Counted from the stretch's first letter, positions 51,794 to 64,000 are shown. The stretch: DNA of 64,000 nt from Alphaproteobacteria bacterium (GCA_009694045.1 SHVY01000009.1:5088-69087), one strand, 5' to 3'. Notes: a model not told the origin generated them from the sequence alone. Made by a program: numbers and translations.

Positions 51794-51876
51794 TCACCCA
51801 TCTCCGACATAACGGGCGACGTAGTCGAGGTGGGCCGGAACCCTGCGGAGACGGTCGGTTCGTCCACCTCGCCGCC

Positions 51877-51963
51877 TGCGGCTGACCGAACGTCACCCGC
51901 TGGTTCAAGTCGTTCTCCAAGCACCCGTCGATGGCGAACTCGGCACTGAAGGAACCGACGTAG
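51877..51963 (+). repeat. Diverged duplicate of the GST 3' end (49582-49665)
   Basis: PNVTRWFKSFSKHPSMANSALKEPT* versus PKLTRWFKGFAKRPSMAGSEPKDA*; identical 17-mer TCACCCGCTGGTTCAAG at 49598 and 51893. Confidence 0.8.
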
Positions 51964-52013
51964 GGGGAGAGATAGCGGCCCGGTCCGCGCCAACCAAAGG
52001 GGCCGGCGTGGCG

Positions 52014-52736
52014 TCAGGTCAGGTACTGCCCGCCGTTGATGGTGAGGGTGGAGCCAGTGATGAACCCGGCCTCGTCCGCCACCAGGAAGACGACGGCACG
52101 GGCGATCTCCTCGCCTTTCCCCAGCCGGCCCACGGGGATCCGGGCGATGATCTGGGCGAGCACGTCCTTGGGAACCGCCTGCACCATCGCCGTGTCGATG
52201 TGGCCGGGGCAGATGGCGTTGACGGTGATGCCCTTGCGCGCGCCTTCGAGGGCCAGCGCCTTGGTGAAGCCGATGATCCCCGCCTTGGCCGCGGAATAGT
52301 TGGTCTGGCCGAACTGGCCGGCCTGGCCGTTGATCGAGGAGATGTTGACGATGCGGCCGAAGTTCCGCTCGCGCATCCCGTCGATCACCACGCGGCTGGT
52401 GTTGTAGCAGCTCGTCAGGTTGGCGCCGATGACGTCGGACCACTGCTGTTCGGCCATCTTGTGCAGCGGCACGTCGCGGGTGATCCCGGCGTTGTTGACG
52501 AGGATCTCGATCGGTCCGATCTCGGCCTCGACCTTGGCGATCCCGGCGGCCGTGGCCACCCCGTCGGAGACGTCCCACTGGAACACCGGGATGCCCGTCA
52601 CCCCGCGGAACGCCTCGGCGTTCGGGGCATTGCCGCCGAAGTTGGCGGCGACCTGATAGCCGGCGTCGGCGAGCGCGATGGCGATCGACGCGCCGATCCC
52701 GCGCGTGCCGCCCGTGACCAAGGCAACTCGCGCCAT
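52014..52736 (-). CDS. phaB: Acetoacetyl-CoA reductase
   Basis: TGGTRGIG, NNAGITRD, GQFGQTNYSAAKAG, INGGQY. Confidence 0.95.
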   Translation of the reverse strand: MARVALVTGGTRGIGASIAIALADAGYQVAANFGGNAPNAEAFRGVTGIPVFQWDVSDGVATAAGIAKVEAEIGPIEILVNNAGITRDVPLHKMAEQQWSDVIGANLTSCYNTSRVVIDGMRERNFGRIVNISSINGQAGQFGQTNYSAAKAGIIGFTKALALEGARKGITVNAICPGHIDTAMVQAVPKDVLAQIIARIPVGRLGKGEEIARAVVFLVADEAGFITGSTLTINGGQYLT

Positions 52737-52741
52737 CGCGG

Positions 52742-53995
<1,254 letters not shown>

Positions 53996-54030
53996 TTAGC
54001 CATGTGGCGTCGGTTTGCAACCGCGGGCGG

Positions 54031-55245
54031 TCACGGTGCGACCAGGACGCCCTCGAGCCAGTCGGCGAGCGGCCGCCACAACACGGCCTCGGCATTGCGA
54101 CCCACCATCATGCCGATATGTCCCGCCAGGGGGCGATGCACCAGCGCGTGGGGCATGCGCCGCGCCAGGGCCTCGGCCGAGGCGGGCGGGACGATCCGGT
54201 CGCGCGCGGGCACAACGATCAGAGTCGGGCCGCCGTAGCGTTCCGGCGCCACCGCCGCCCCGGCGATGCGCCAGCGCCCCTGCTCCGGCCGGTTCTCGCC
54301 ATACCAGCCGATCATGCACTCCTCGGCCACGGGACCCGCCAAGTCGACGCCGTCGTTGAGCCAGTCCTCCAGGGCGACGAAGGCCTGGGCCTCGGAGGAG
54401 GCCGGATCGAGGCGGGCGAAGGCGCGCAGCTTGTTCGGCACCAGGTTGGGATCGAGGGACGCGAGCAGGGACTGCAACAGGTCCACCGGCAGCACCGGGG
54501 AAAGCCGCAGGAAGGCCGCGAACGGTGGCGCCCCGAACAGACGGATGTGGGCGGGCGCGTCGGCGTGAAAATCCCACGGGGTGGCAAGCAGGGCCAGCCC
54601 GGCGATGTCCGCGGCGCGGCGCTGGGCCAGGGCGAGGGCGAGCAGCCCACCCATGCAGTAGCCGACCACGGCGGGGGGCCGACCGGTCGCCCGCCGCACC
54701 GCATCCAGGGCACCCTCCAGGCGGCCGACCACATAGTCGGTGAGGGTGAAGCCCTGTTCCGCCTCGGCCGGCGCGCCCCAGTCGACGAGGAACGGCCGCA
54801 GGCCCCGCGCGGAGAGGTAGCGGAGGAGGCTGCGATCCGACTCCAGATCGAGGATGTAGCCGCGGTTGATGAGCGACGGAACGAACAGGACCGGCGCGCC
54901 CGCCCCCGGTCCGTAGTCGCGCAGCAGCGTGGTGCCCTCGCGCCACAGCGGCGCCGGGTCGCGCACCCGGCGGCGATAGGGGTGATGGCGATAGGCATCG
55001 ATGCCGGCGAGCACCGCGCCGAGCCTACGTCGCACCTCCGCCGTCAGGGCGTGGGCGACGGCCTCGGGCTCCGCCGCCCCGAGGGCTTGCTCCAGGCTTG
55101 CGCCCGCCGGTGCGAGGCCGGCACTCCAGGAGAGCGAGCCGAGCCTCGCAAGCGGCAAGGCGGCGAGCGAGCTCGTCAAGACGATCCATGACGTCGCGAG
55201 ATGGAGCGGCAGGGGCCGCGGTCCCCGCCTGGTCGCGCGGTTCAT
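54031..55245 (-). CDS. phaC: Short PHA-synthase-like alpha/beta hydrolase
   Basis: VPSLINRGYILDL, DWG, GYCMGG PhaC box, DRIVP Asp, GHIG His; 404 aa, lacks the class I N-terminal domain; upstream of phaAB. Confidence 0.75.
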   Translation of the reverse strand: MNRATRRGPRPLPLHLATSWIVLTSSLAALPLARLGSLSWSAGLAPAGASLEQALGAAEPEAVAHALTAEVRRRLGAVLAGIDAYRHHPYRRRVRDPAPLWREGTTLLRDYGPGAGAPVLFVPSLINRGYILDLESDRSLLRYLSARGLRPFLVDWGAPAEAEQGFTLTDYVVGRLEGALDAVRRATGRPPAVVGYCMGGLLALALAQRRAADIAGLALLATPWDFHADAPAHIRLFGAPPFAAFLRLSPVLPVDLLQSLLASLDPNLVPNKLRAFARLDPASSEAQAFVALEDWLNDGVDLAGPVAEECMIGWYGENRPEQGRWRIAGAAVAPERYGGPTLIVVPARDRIVPPASAEALARRMPHALVHRPLAGHIGMMVGRNAEAVLWRPLADWLEGVLVAP

Positions 55246-55402
55246 GGGGGCCGGTGCCCCACGGCGCCGCGGCCGGAGCGAACGCCATCAGCCGCGACGC
55301 CCAGGAAACCAGCGCCGGATCGGCCATCATGGCCGCGACCTGTTCCTGCCAGAGATCGAGGAATCGGCGGGCCAGCTCGCCGGGATCGTCGGAGGTCGTC
55401 AT
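55025..55402 (-). CDS. Small hypothetical protein overlapping the phaC-like gene (candidate PhaE-like subunit)
   Basis: MTTSDDPGELARRFLDLWQEQVAAMMADP...PSRDVMDRLDELARRLAACEARLALLE; TATATT 6 nt before the ATG suggests a leaderless mRNA. Confidence 0.6.
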   Translation of the reverse strand: MTTSDDPGELARRFLDLWQEQVAAMMADPALVSWASRLMAFAPAAAPWGTGPHEPRDQAGTAAPAAPSRDVMDRLDELARRLAACEARLALLECRPRTGGRKPGASPRGGGARGRRPRPDGGGAT

Positions 55403-55512
55403 CCACGCAATATACGGCCCTCGGGCGGCCCGAGGCGAGGCCCAGCTTTTTGCCATGCCGGGCGTCGAGCGGGCCATGTATGATAGCGGCTGCGCAGGCG
55501 GGACGGAGCACC

Positions 55513-56097
55513 ATGAACACCGAGACGGCCAAGTCGGAACAGCGGATCGTCATCAAGAAATACGCCAACCGGCGCCTCTACAACACCGCCACATCGTCCT
55601 ATGTCACGCTCGACCACCTCTGCCAGATGGTGAAGGACGGGACCGATTTCGTGGTGTTCGACGCGAAATCCGGCGAGGACATCACCCATTCCGTCCTGAC
55701 CCAGATCATCGTCGAGGAGGAGAACAAGGGCCAGAATCTCCTGCCGATCGGCTTCCTGCGCCAGCTGATCAGCTTCTACGGCGACAACCTGCAGACCTTC
55801 CTGCCGCGCTATCTCGAGATGAGCATGGGCCAGTTCACCCATAATCAGGGGCAGATGCGGGAGTATCTCAAGGAGGCGTTCGGCGGCCTGTTCCCCTTCC
55901 CCCATGTCGAGGCCATGGTCAAGGACAACGCCGCCATGTTCCAGCGCGCCATGACCATGTTCTATCCGTTCGGCAACCCCGCGCAAGGTGGGGAACCCGG
56001 ATCCGCCAAGGCTGGAGACCCGCTCGGCGAACTGCGCAACCGCATCAACGAGCTGCAACAGCAGGTCGAGGCCCTGGCCAAGCGGCCGGGGTCCTAG
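55513..56097 (+). CDS. phaR: Polyhydroxyalkanoate synthesis repressor
   Basis: IKKYANRRLYNT, DAKSGEDIT, LRQLISFYG; GGAG RBS. Confidence 0.96.
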   Translation: MNTETAKSEQRIVIKKYANRRLYNTATSSYVTLDHLCQMVKDGTDFVVFDAKSGEDITHSVLTQIIVEEENKGQNLLPIGFLRQLISFYGDNLQTFLPRYLEMSMGQFTHNQGQMREYLKEAFGGLFPFPHVEAMVKDNAAMFQRAMTMFYPFGNPAQGGEPGSAKAGDPLGELRNRINELQQQVEALAKRPGS

Positions 56098-56125
56098 TGC
56101 TTAACGCCCGAAGGAATAGTCTTAC

Positions 56126-57865
56126 TTAACGGGCGACGCCAAGGACGAGGCTCGGCTCCGGGTTTCGGAGCCACGGCCGTGTCACGGAGGGGCGGCCGAA
56201 ATGGTAGCCCTGGAGATAGTTCACGCCGTGGTCGGAGAGGAGCCGCGCCGTCGCCGCGTCCTCGACCCATTCCGCGACGGTCGCCAAACCACAGGCATCG
56301 GCGAGGTTTTGCAGGGCCGCGACATAGGCGATGTCCTCGGGATACTGCGCCAGGCTGGCGGTGAACGACCCGTCGATCTTCACCTGGTCGACGGCGAGAA
56401 CCTTGAGGTTGCGGAACGACGTGTTTCTGGCGCCAAAATCGTCCAGGGCGACATGGCAGCCGACGTCGCGCAAGGTGGCGACGAAGCGGATCGATTCCGC
56501 AAGGTCCTGCATCGCCGCGGTCTCGGTGATCTCGACCGTGAGACGTTCGGCGAGTTCGCGCCGACCCTGGACCAGGGCGCCGAGGCGGCGCAGCCATTGC
56601 CGGTCCGACGTGGTCAGGCCCGAGACGTTGATGGCCAGTCGCAGCCCGGGTACCCGTTCGAGCTCGCGCACCGCAAGTTCGAGGGCCCGGATGTCGAGCC
56701 GCCGGATCAGCCCCGTGCGCTCGGCGACCTTGATCATGGGGCCCGCGCCGTGGGGCATCGCGCCGTCTCCCAGAAGCCGAAGCAGGCATTCGTAGGACAC
56801 CACCTCGCCACTGCCGCTGGCGATGATCGGTTGGAACGCCAGGGCGACCGAATCGTTCTGCAGGCACCACCGGAGCCGTTCGGCGACGGCGAGATCGCGA
56901 TGGACCTCGCTGCCGTAAGTCGACCCGTGGCGATGGCCCATCACCGTCACCCGCGCGTCCTTTCCGCCGCGGCGCAGGGTTTAGTCCGCCCGTTCCATGA
57001 CATCGTGGGCGGTCAGCTCCCCGCCCGGAAACGCGATCGCGCAGATCGACGCGGACACATGCAGCGGACCGAAATCGCACGGGATCGGCGTGCCGGTCAC
57101 CACCGCGGCGATCTTGGCGACGACGGCTTCGACGTTGGCGTGCGGGCAGCCGTCCAGCACGATCCCGAAGCGATCCAGCCCCGCCCGACCGACGGTATCG
57201 CTATCCCGCACGCAACGGTCGAGCTATTGGGACACCGCGACCATGGCGGCGTCGGCGACCTCGCGGCCATAGACGTCGCCGAGAAGGGCCAGGTCATCGA
57301 CCGCCACGACGACATAGGCCCCGGTCGATGCGTACCGGCGCGCGTAGGCAAGGGCATGGTCCAGGGATTCGCGCAGGCGCTGCAGGTTGTAGTGGCCCGT
57401 CAGATCGTCGTAGTTCGCGCGCCGTTCGAGTTGGGTTTCACGTTCCTTGTTGGCGGTCACCAGGCGAAGCACGCCGCACACGCGACGCGCGACGCCGTCG
57501 GGCCCGATCTCCGCGCTACCGCGATCCTGGACCCAGCGGACGCTGCCGGCACGGCCCCGCATCCGGCACTCGATCTCGAAGGCCGCGGCCGATTGAAAAC
57601 GGCGGCCCAGGCGATCCTCGATCGCCGCCAGGTCGTCGGGATGAACCCGCCCCATGAGGGTCATGCGATCGTCGGGGCGCGGGCCCACGGCGAGGTCCAG
57701 CGCCCTGATCGGATCCGTGGACCACGCGACCCGGCCGCTGGCAAGGTCCCAGGCGTAGGCCACATCGCCGGCAGCGTTCAAGGCGCCGCGAATCCACGGT
57801 CGCGAGGGGATGCCCTCGACGCGAGGTCGCACGGAAGTAGCCACCTTCCTGGTCGCTCGCTTCAT
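56126..57865 (-). pseudogene. PAS-GGDEF(degenerate)-EAL protein interrupted by two in-frame stops
   Basis: One reading frame with TAG at 57224-57226 and TAA at 56981-56983; PAS (VHPDD, RWVQDRG), DDLTG, GLDRF, then ECLLR, EITE, DDFG, KID, QGY. Confidence 0.8.
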
Positions 57866-57981
57866 CGGCCTTCATGGCGCAGCGTTGTCCCTTGCATCCG
57901 GGAGTCGAACCCCGGAGCGGGCACGGAAATCCTAGTCCCCGGCGCCTTAAGAAAGCTTGAAGGGCGGACCTGCGGCGGCGA

Positions 57982-58009
57982 TCCCGAATCGCGGATTCGC
58001 GATCCGGGA
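57982..58009. other. Hairpin downstream of the aminotransferase
   Basis: TCCCGAATCGCG-GATT-CGCGATCCGGGA (one mismatch); no U-tract. Confidence 0.35.
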
Positions 58010-58032
58010 CAGGAGCTTAACTCGCTTTCACG

Positions 58033-59364
58033 CTAATCGATGGTGGCCAGGGCCTTGGCCAGGGTGCCGAACATCTCGTCGATTTGGGCCTTGGTCACGA
58101 TCAGCGGCGGCGAGAACGTCAGGGTGTCCCCAACCGAGCGGCTGAGGACCCCCGCTTCGTAGCACTTGAGGAACGCCTCGTATGCCCGCGCCCCGATCTT
58201 GCCGGGCCGCGAGTCGAGCTCGATTCCGGCCATCAAGCCAATGTTGCGGACATCCACCACGTGCCGCGCGTTCTTCAGGCCGTGGGCCGCGTCCTCGAAG
58301 TGCTTGCCGAGTTCCTTGGCGCGGGTGAACAGGCCTTCCGCCTTGTAGACATCGAGGGCCGCGAGGCCCGCCGCCGCCGCCAGCGGATGCGCCGAATAGG
58401 TGTAGCCGTGGAACAGCTCGACCATGTTCTCGGGCGCGTTCATGAACGCATCGTAGATGCCCTTGCGCACGAACACCGCGCCCATCGGCACGGTCGCGTT
58501 GGTCAGGCCCTTGGCGCAGGTCATGATGTCGGGAAGGACGCCGAAGTATTCGGTGGCGAACGGCGCTCCCAGCCGGCCGAACCCGGTGATCACCTCGTCG
58601 AAGATCAGCAGGATGCCGTGGCGATCGCAGATCTCGCGCAGCCGCTTGAGGTAGCCCTGCGGCGGCGGCAGGACGCCGGTGGACCCGGCGACCGGCTCGA
58701 CGATCACCGCGGCGATCGTGGCCGGATCGTGCAGTTCGACCAGGCGTTGCAGATCGTCGGCCAGATGGGCGCCCTTGGCCGGCTCGCCCCGGCTGAAGGC
58801 GTTCTGCTCCAGGTCATGGGTATGGCGCAGGTGATCGACCCCCGTGAGCAGAGTGCCGAACTGCTTGCGATTGGCGACCATGCCGCCGACCGAGATGCCG
58901 CCGAACCCGACGCCATGATAGCCGCGCTCGCGGCCGATCAGGCGGAAGCGCCCGCCCTCGCCCCGCACCCGATGGTAGGCGAGGGCGATCTTCAGCGCGG
59001 TATCGACCGCTTCGGAACCGGAATTGGTGAAGAACGCATGGTCCAGATCGCCCGGAAGCAGCGCCGTCAAGCGCGCCGCCAGCTCGAACGGACCCGGGTG
59101 CCCCATCTGGAAGCTGGGGGCGAAATCGAGCTTGGCGACCTGGGCCTGGACCGCCTGGATGATCTCGCGGCGGCCATGGCCGGCGTTGACGCACCACAGG
59201 CCGGCCATGCCGTCCAGGATCTTGCGCCCGTCGTGGCTGGTGTAGTGCATGTCCTTGGCATCGATCAGAAACCGTGGGTTCGCCTTGAACTGCCGGTTGG
59301 CGGTGAAGGGCATCCAGAACGATTCGAGATTGTTGGGCACGTTCGCCAGCGGCGCGGTGGCCAT
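58033..59364 (-). CDS. Omega-amino acid (beta-alanine)--pyruvate aminotransferase, class III
   Basis: FWMPFTANRQFK, GLWCVNAGH, NSGSEAV, FDEVITGFGR, TCAKG, HGYTYSAHP. Confidence 0.93.
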   Translation of the reverse strand: MATAPLANVPNNLESFWMPFTANRQFKANPRFLIDAKDMHYTSHDGRKILDGMAGLWCVNAGHGRREIIQAVQAQVAKLDFAPSFQMGHPGPFELAARLTALLPGDLDHAFFTNSGSEAVDTALKIALAYHRVRGEGGRFRLIGRERGYHGVGFGGISVGGMVANRKQFGTLLTGVDHLRHTHDLEQNAFSRGEPAKGAHLADDLQRLVELHDPATIAAVIVEPVAGSTGVLPPPQGYLKRLREICDRHGILLIFDEVITGFGRLGAPFATEYFGVLPDIMTCAKGLTNATVPMGAVFVRKGIYDAFMNAPENMVELFHGYTYSAHPLAAAAGLAALDVYKAEGLFTRAKELGKHFEDAAHGLKNARHVVDVRNIGLMAGIELDSRPGKIGARAYEAFLKCYEAGVLSRSVGDTLTFSPPLIVTKAQIDEMFGTLAKALATID

Positions 59365-59566
59365 GAGCTGCTCCTTGGATTTCCGGTCGGATCGTCACGT
59401 CGCGGTGCGACCGCTTTCTATAGCACGGCGCTACCGCCGATTGAACCACCCTGGGGTTGGCACGATCGATGCTTTGACCCGAGCATGAAGGCGGTGACGT
59501 CTCTTAACCATAACCCTTTGAATCCCTTTACCTAATGGTCATGGATCAGGTAGTCTTCTACACTGT

Positions 59567-59989
59567 TTGCTGCTCCATCGACGGACAGGATCGGGTCGGG
59601 ATCTGACCTTGCTGGCACTCGAATCACCCTTCGTCCCCACGACCGCGCTGATCCGGCTTCCGAACCCCCATGGGTTCGCGCCGCGGATCGATCCCGCGCG
59701 CGTGACGCCACCGGTCGAGTCGGAGCACGCGCGATCGCGGGCATCGGGCACGGCGCCTCAGCCCCGCGCCCCGCGGACCATGCCCGATCTCGCATCCGCC
59801 GGGCCCATGGTCCTTGCCACCATCGCCTATCCGAACCTCAGGGGTCTGGCGTTCGCGGCGCAGATGCTAGCCCAGCGGGACAACATCCCGGCGACGACGG
59901 CGGACGTCGCGGCGCGGGCGTATGCGCAGCCCGCGATCAGCCTGACCGGTTTCCTCGGCCTGCTCGATCCCTTCGACCTGTCGATTTAA
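59567..59989 (+). CDS. Hypothetical protein (start uncertain)
   Basis: Only ORF filling the gap; plausible helical C-terminus FAAQMLAQ...AARAY...FDLSI. Confidence 0.4.
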   Translation: MLLHRRTGSGRDLTLLALESPFVPTTALIRLPNPHGFAPRIDPARVTPPVESEHARSRASGTAPQPRAPRTMPDLASAGPMVLATIAYPNLRGLAFAAQMLAQRDNIPATTADVAARAYAQPAISLTGFLGLLDPFDLSI

Positions 59990-60031
59990 GGCCCCTCGCG
60001 TTTTACGCCGTGCGCGGCTAGAACCGTCGGC

Positions 60032-61557
<1,526 letters not shown>

Positions 61558-61561
<4 letters not shown>

Positions 61562-62550
61562 AGATCGCCGTGTTCGGCGCCGGCGCGATCGGCGGCGTGA
61601 TGGGCGCGGCCTTGGCGCGGGCCGGGGTGGAGACGACACTGATCGCCCGGGGTCCGCACCTCGAGGCCATGCGGGCGTGTGGCCTCACGGTCCGGAGCAA
61701 GAGCGGCACGATCAACGTGCGGCCCCGCCTGGCGGCGAACGGCGCTGAGGCAGGCCGGCAGGATATGGTGATCGTCGCCCTGAAGGCCCAATCGGCGGTG
61801 GCCTCGGTCGCGGGGCTGCTGCCCATGCTGGGGCCCGAAACCGCCGTCGTCACCGCCATGAACGGGATGCCCTGGTGGTACTTCCACGGCGTGAGCGGCC
61901 CCCTGGCCGATCGCACGCTCGAGACCGTCGATCCCGGCGCCCGACAATGGACCATGATCGGACCGCGGCGGGCCATCGGCTGTGTCGTCTATCCGGCCGC
62001 TGAAGTGGTCGAACCCGGAGTCGTCGAGGTGATGGAGGGCGACCGCTTCGTCCTCGGCGAACCGGACGGCACGTCCTCGAAGCGGGTTGCCGCCTTGGCC
62101 CGGGCCTTGGTCAAGGGCGGCCTGAAGGCTCCGGTGCGATCCAGCATCCGCACCGATATCTGGCTGAAGCTGTGGGGCAACGCGGTGTTCAACCCCTTGA
62201 GCGCCCTGACCGGCGCGACCCTCGCGGCCCTGGTCGGCGATCCCTTGACCCGGGCGTTGGCCCGCGCGGCGATGACCGAGGCCGAGGACGTGGCGCGCGC
62301 CCTTGGGGTCGTCATGCCGATCGACGTGGATGCCCGCATCGCCGGCGCGGGGCGGGTGGGCGAGCACAAGACCTCGATGCTCCAGGATCTGGAGCGCGGA
62401 CGGCCCATGGAGATCGACGCGCTGGTCGCCGCCGTTGCCGAGCTCGGCCGCCTGACCGATGTGCCCACGCCGCTGCTCGACGGCATCTACGCCCTGGTTC
62501 GCCGGCGGGCGATCGAGGCCGGCTGCTATCCGAAGGAGAGACTGGGATGA
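61558..62550 (+). CDS. Ketopantoate-reductase family protein (oxalyl-CoA reductase PanE2-like)
   Basis: GAGAIGG, MNGMPWWYF, GCVVYP, WLKLWGN, HKTSMLQD; ATGA-coupled to the ligase. Confidence 0.88.
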
Positions 62551-63251
62551 TCACGCTCTATTCGGCCAAGACCCCGAACGGTCAGAAGATCCACATCATG
62601 CTCGAGGAGTGTGGCCTTCCCTATCGCGTCCGCTGGATCGACATGGATCGTGGCGATCAGTTCGATCCGGCGTTCCTGGCGGTCAGCCCCAACAACAAGA
62701 TCCCGGCGATCGTCGACGACGAGGGGCCGGGTGGGACGATCGCCCTGTTCGAATCCGGAGCGATCCTGCTCTACCTCGCCGACAAATGCGGACGGTTCCT
62801 GCCGACCGATCCGAGGCGACGGTGGGACACGATCCAGTGGCTGATGTGGCAGATGGGCGGGTTCGGGCCGATGCTGGGCCAGGCGCACCACTTCAACGCC
62901 TACGCGCCGATGCGCCCCGACGGCCCCGTGGTCCTGCCCTATGCCCAGGAGCGCTACACCAACGAGGCGCGGCGACTCTATGGCGTGCTCGACAAGCAGC
63001 TTGCCGAGCACCGCTACGTCGCTGCCGACGAATACACCATCGCCGACATGGCGATCTTTCCCTGGTGCCGGCTGTACAAGCGCCAGCGCCAGAACATCGA
63101 CGACTTCCCCAACGTAAAGCGCTGGTTCGGCGAGATCGCCAGCCGCCCCGCCGTGGCCCGCGACATGGCGACGCTGGAGGACGTGGTCGACGGCTTCAAC
63201 AAGGACAGCTGGTCCGTCTTGTTCGGCCAGCGGCAGGGCTCGCAGGCGTAG
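62547..63251 (+). CDS. GST, Nu-class (YfcG/YghU-like)
   Basis: TPNGQK, PNNKIPAI, FESGAIL, QMGGFGPMLGQAHHF, YTIADMA. Confidence 0.92.
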   Translation: MITLYSAKTPNGQKIHIMLEECGLPYRVRWIDMDRGDQFDPAFLAVSPNNKIPAIVDDEGPGGTIALFESGAILLYLADKCGRFLPTDPRRRWDTIQWLMWQMGGFGPMLGQAHHFNAYAPMRPDGPVVLPYAQERYTNEARRLYGVLDKQLAEHRYVAADEYTIADMAIFPWCRLYKRQRQNIDDFPNVKRWFGEIASRPAVARDMATLEDVVDGFNKDSWSVLFGQRQGSQA

Positions 63252-63260
63252 CCGAAGCCA

Positions 63261-63908
63261 TCACGCCGATCGCGAGGCGACCAGGCCGCGGGGGCGGCCC
63301 TCGCCGACGGCGGCCATGCCGGCCTGGACCTTGGGGCGGGCGCCGATCAAGTCCATCCAGCGCCGCACGTTCTGGAAGCGGCCCAGGGCGGGCAGGTCTG
63401 CCATGCCGAGGACGGCCGAAGGGTAGCCGGCGATGTCGGCGATGGTGAACGCCGCGCCGCCGACGTAGGCGGACCGGGCGAGGCGCGCGTCGAGCGCCGC
63501 GTACTCGGCGATGGCGCGGTCCTCGAACCAGGCGGCGGCGGGCAGCTTGGGCTCGTCGAGCCAGCTCATGAAGTAGACCGCGGCATAGGGCGGGTAGATG
63601 TCCGTCGCCAGCATCATCGTCCATTCGAGGCACGTGGCGCGGGCGCGCGGATCCGTGGGCAGGAGCTTCCCCGACTTCTCGGCCAGATGGATCAGGATCG
63701 CGACCGACTGGGTCAGCGACAGGGGTTCGCCGCCGGGACCGTCCTGGTCAATGATCGCCGGGGTCCGGCCCCGGGCCCCGGTCGCGACGTAGGTCGGGTC
63801 GGTCGATCCCCACGGCACCGGCACGGCCCGATACGGCAACCCCGATTCCTCCAGCATCACCGTGGCGCGCTGGGTCAGCGTCGTCGGCCGTACGAACACG
63901 TCGATCAT
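63261..63908 (-). CDS. Glutathione S-transferase family protein (divergent)
   Basis: MLEESGLPY, TPAIIDQDGPGG, QSVAILIHLAEK, FTIADI. Confidence 0.85.
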   Translation of the reverse strand: MIDVFVRPTTLTQRATVMLEESGLPYRAVPVPWGSTDPTYVATGARGRTPAIIDQDGPGGEPLSLTQSVAILIHLAEKSGKLLPTDPRARATCLEWTMMLATDIYPPYAAVYFMSWLDEPKLPAAAWFEDRAIAEYAALDARLARSAYVGGAAFTIADIAGYPSAVLGMADLPALGRFQNVRRWMDLIGARPKVQAGMAAVGEGRPRGLVASRSA

Positions 63909-63915
63909 GGCAGCC

Positions 63916-64000
63916 TTAGTAGCCGAGGGCGCAGCCGTCCTTGCGCGGGTCGGAGCCGCCGGTCAGCACTCCGCGGGTCCAGTCGATCTGGATCGCCTGG
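63916..64000 (-). CDS. ggt: Gamma-glutamyltransferase, C-terminal end (partial)
   Basis: QAIQIDWTRGVLTGGSDPRKDGCALGY*. Confidence 0.85.
   Translation of the reverse strand, partial: QAIQIDWTRGVLTGGSDPRKDGCALGY

Noticed and set aside
56981-57226. Stop-codon reassignment or pyrrolysine read-through in the GGDEF/EAL gene
   Set aside because: TAG and TAA end many normal genes in this window, and no pyl or sel machinery is present
57947-58032. Full CtrA boxes (TTAA-N7-TTAA) upstream of the GGDEF/EAL gene
   Set aside because: Only half-sites with wrong spacing or mismatches

Overview
GC-rich alphaproteobacterial (Rhodospirillales-like) chromosomal segment with about 65 coding features, mostly core metabolism. 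It holds a large part of the ethylmalonyl-CoA/PHA network (mcm, ecm, ccr, mcd, PduO-type adenosyltransferase, etfBA, hbd, phaR, a short phaC-like synthase, phaA, phaB), the conserved argH-lipoprotein-lysA-TIGR02302, ftsEX-ydcF-plsC, CM-hisC-tyrA and metXW blocks, nrdJ, dapA-smpB, several glutathione-related genes and a probable oxalate-CoA ligase/oxalyl-CoA reductase pair. I saw no tRNA, rRNA, CRISPR array, integrase or transposase. Main observations: (1) an unannotated-looking small ORF overlapping the short PhaC-like synthase by 221 nt, possibly a PhaE-like partner subunit; (2) an acidic Asp-box beta-propeller with a variant PEP-CTERM tail (VDEP), preceded by a small Ig-like gene, two TGT-N8-TTTACA boxes and a degenerate sigma-54 site; (3) three CTAG-bounded palindromic elements, one at a gene truncation point; (4) a 31-aa hicA remnant missing its catalytic core; (5) a doubly frameshifted O-acyltransferase flanked by a duplicated GST 3' end; (6) a PAS-GGDEF-EAL gene split by two in-frame stops; (7) metW read-through across an 18-bp palindrome. 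All calls come from reading motifs by eye; no database search was run.
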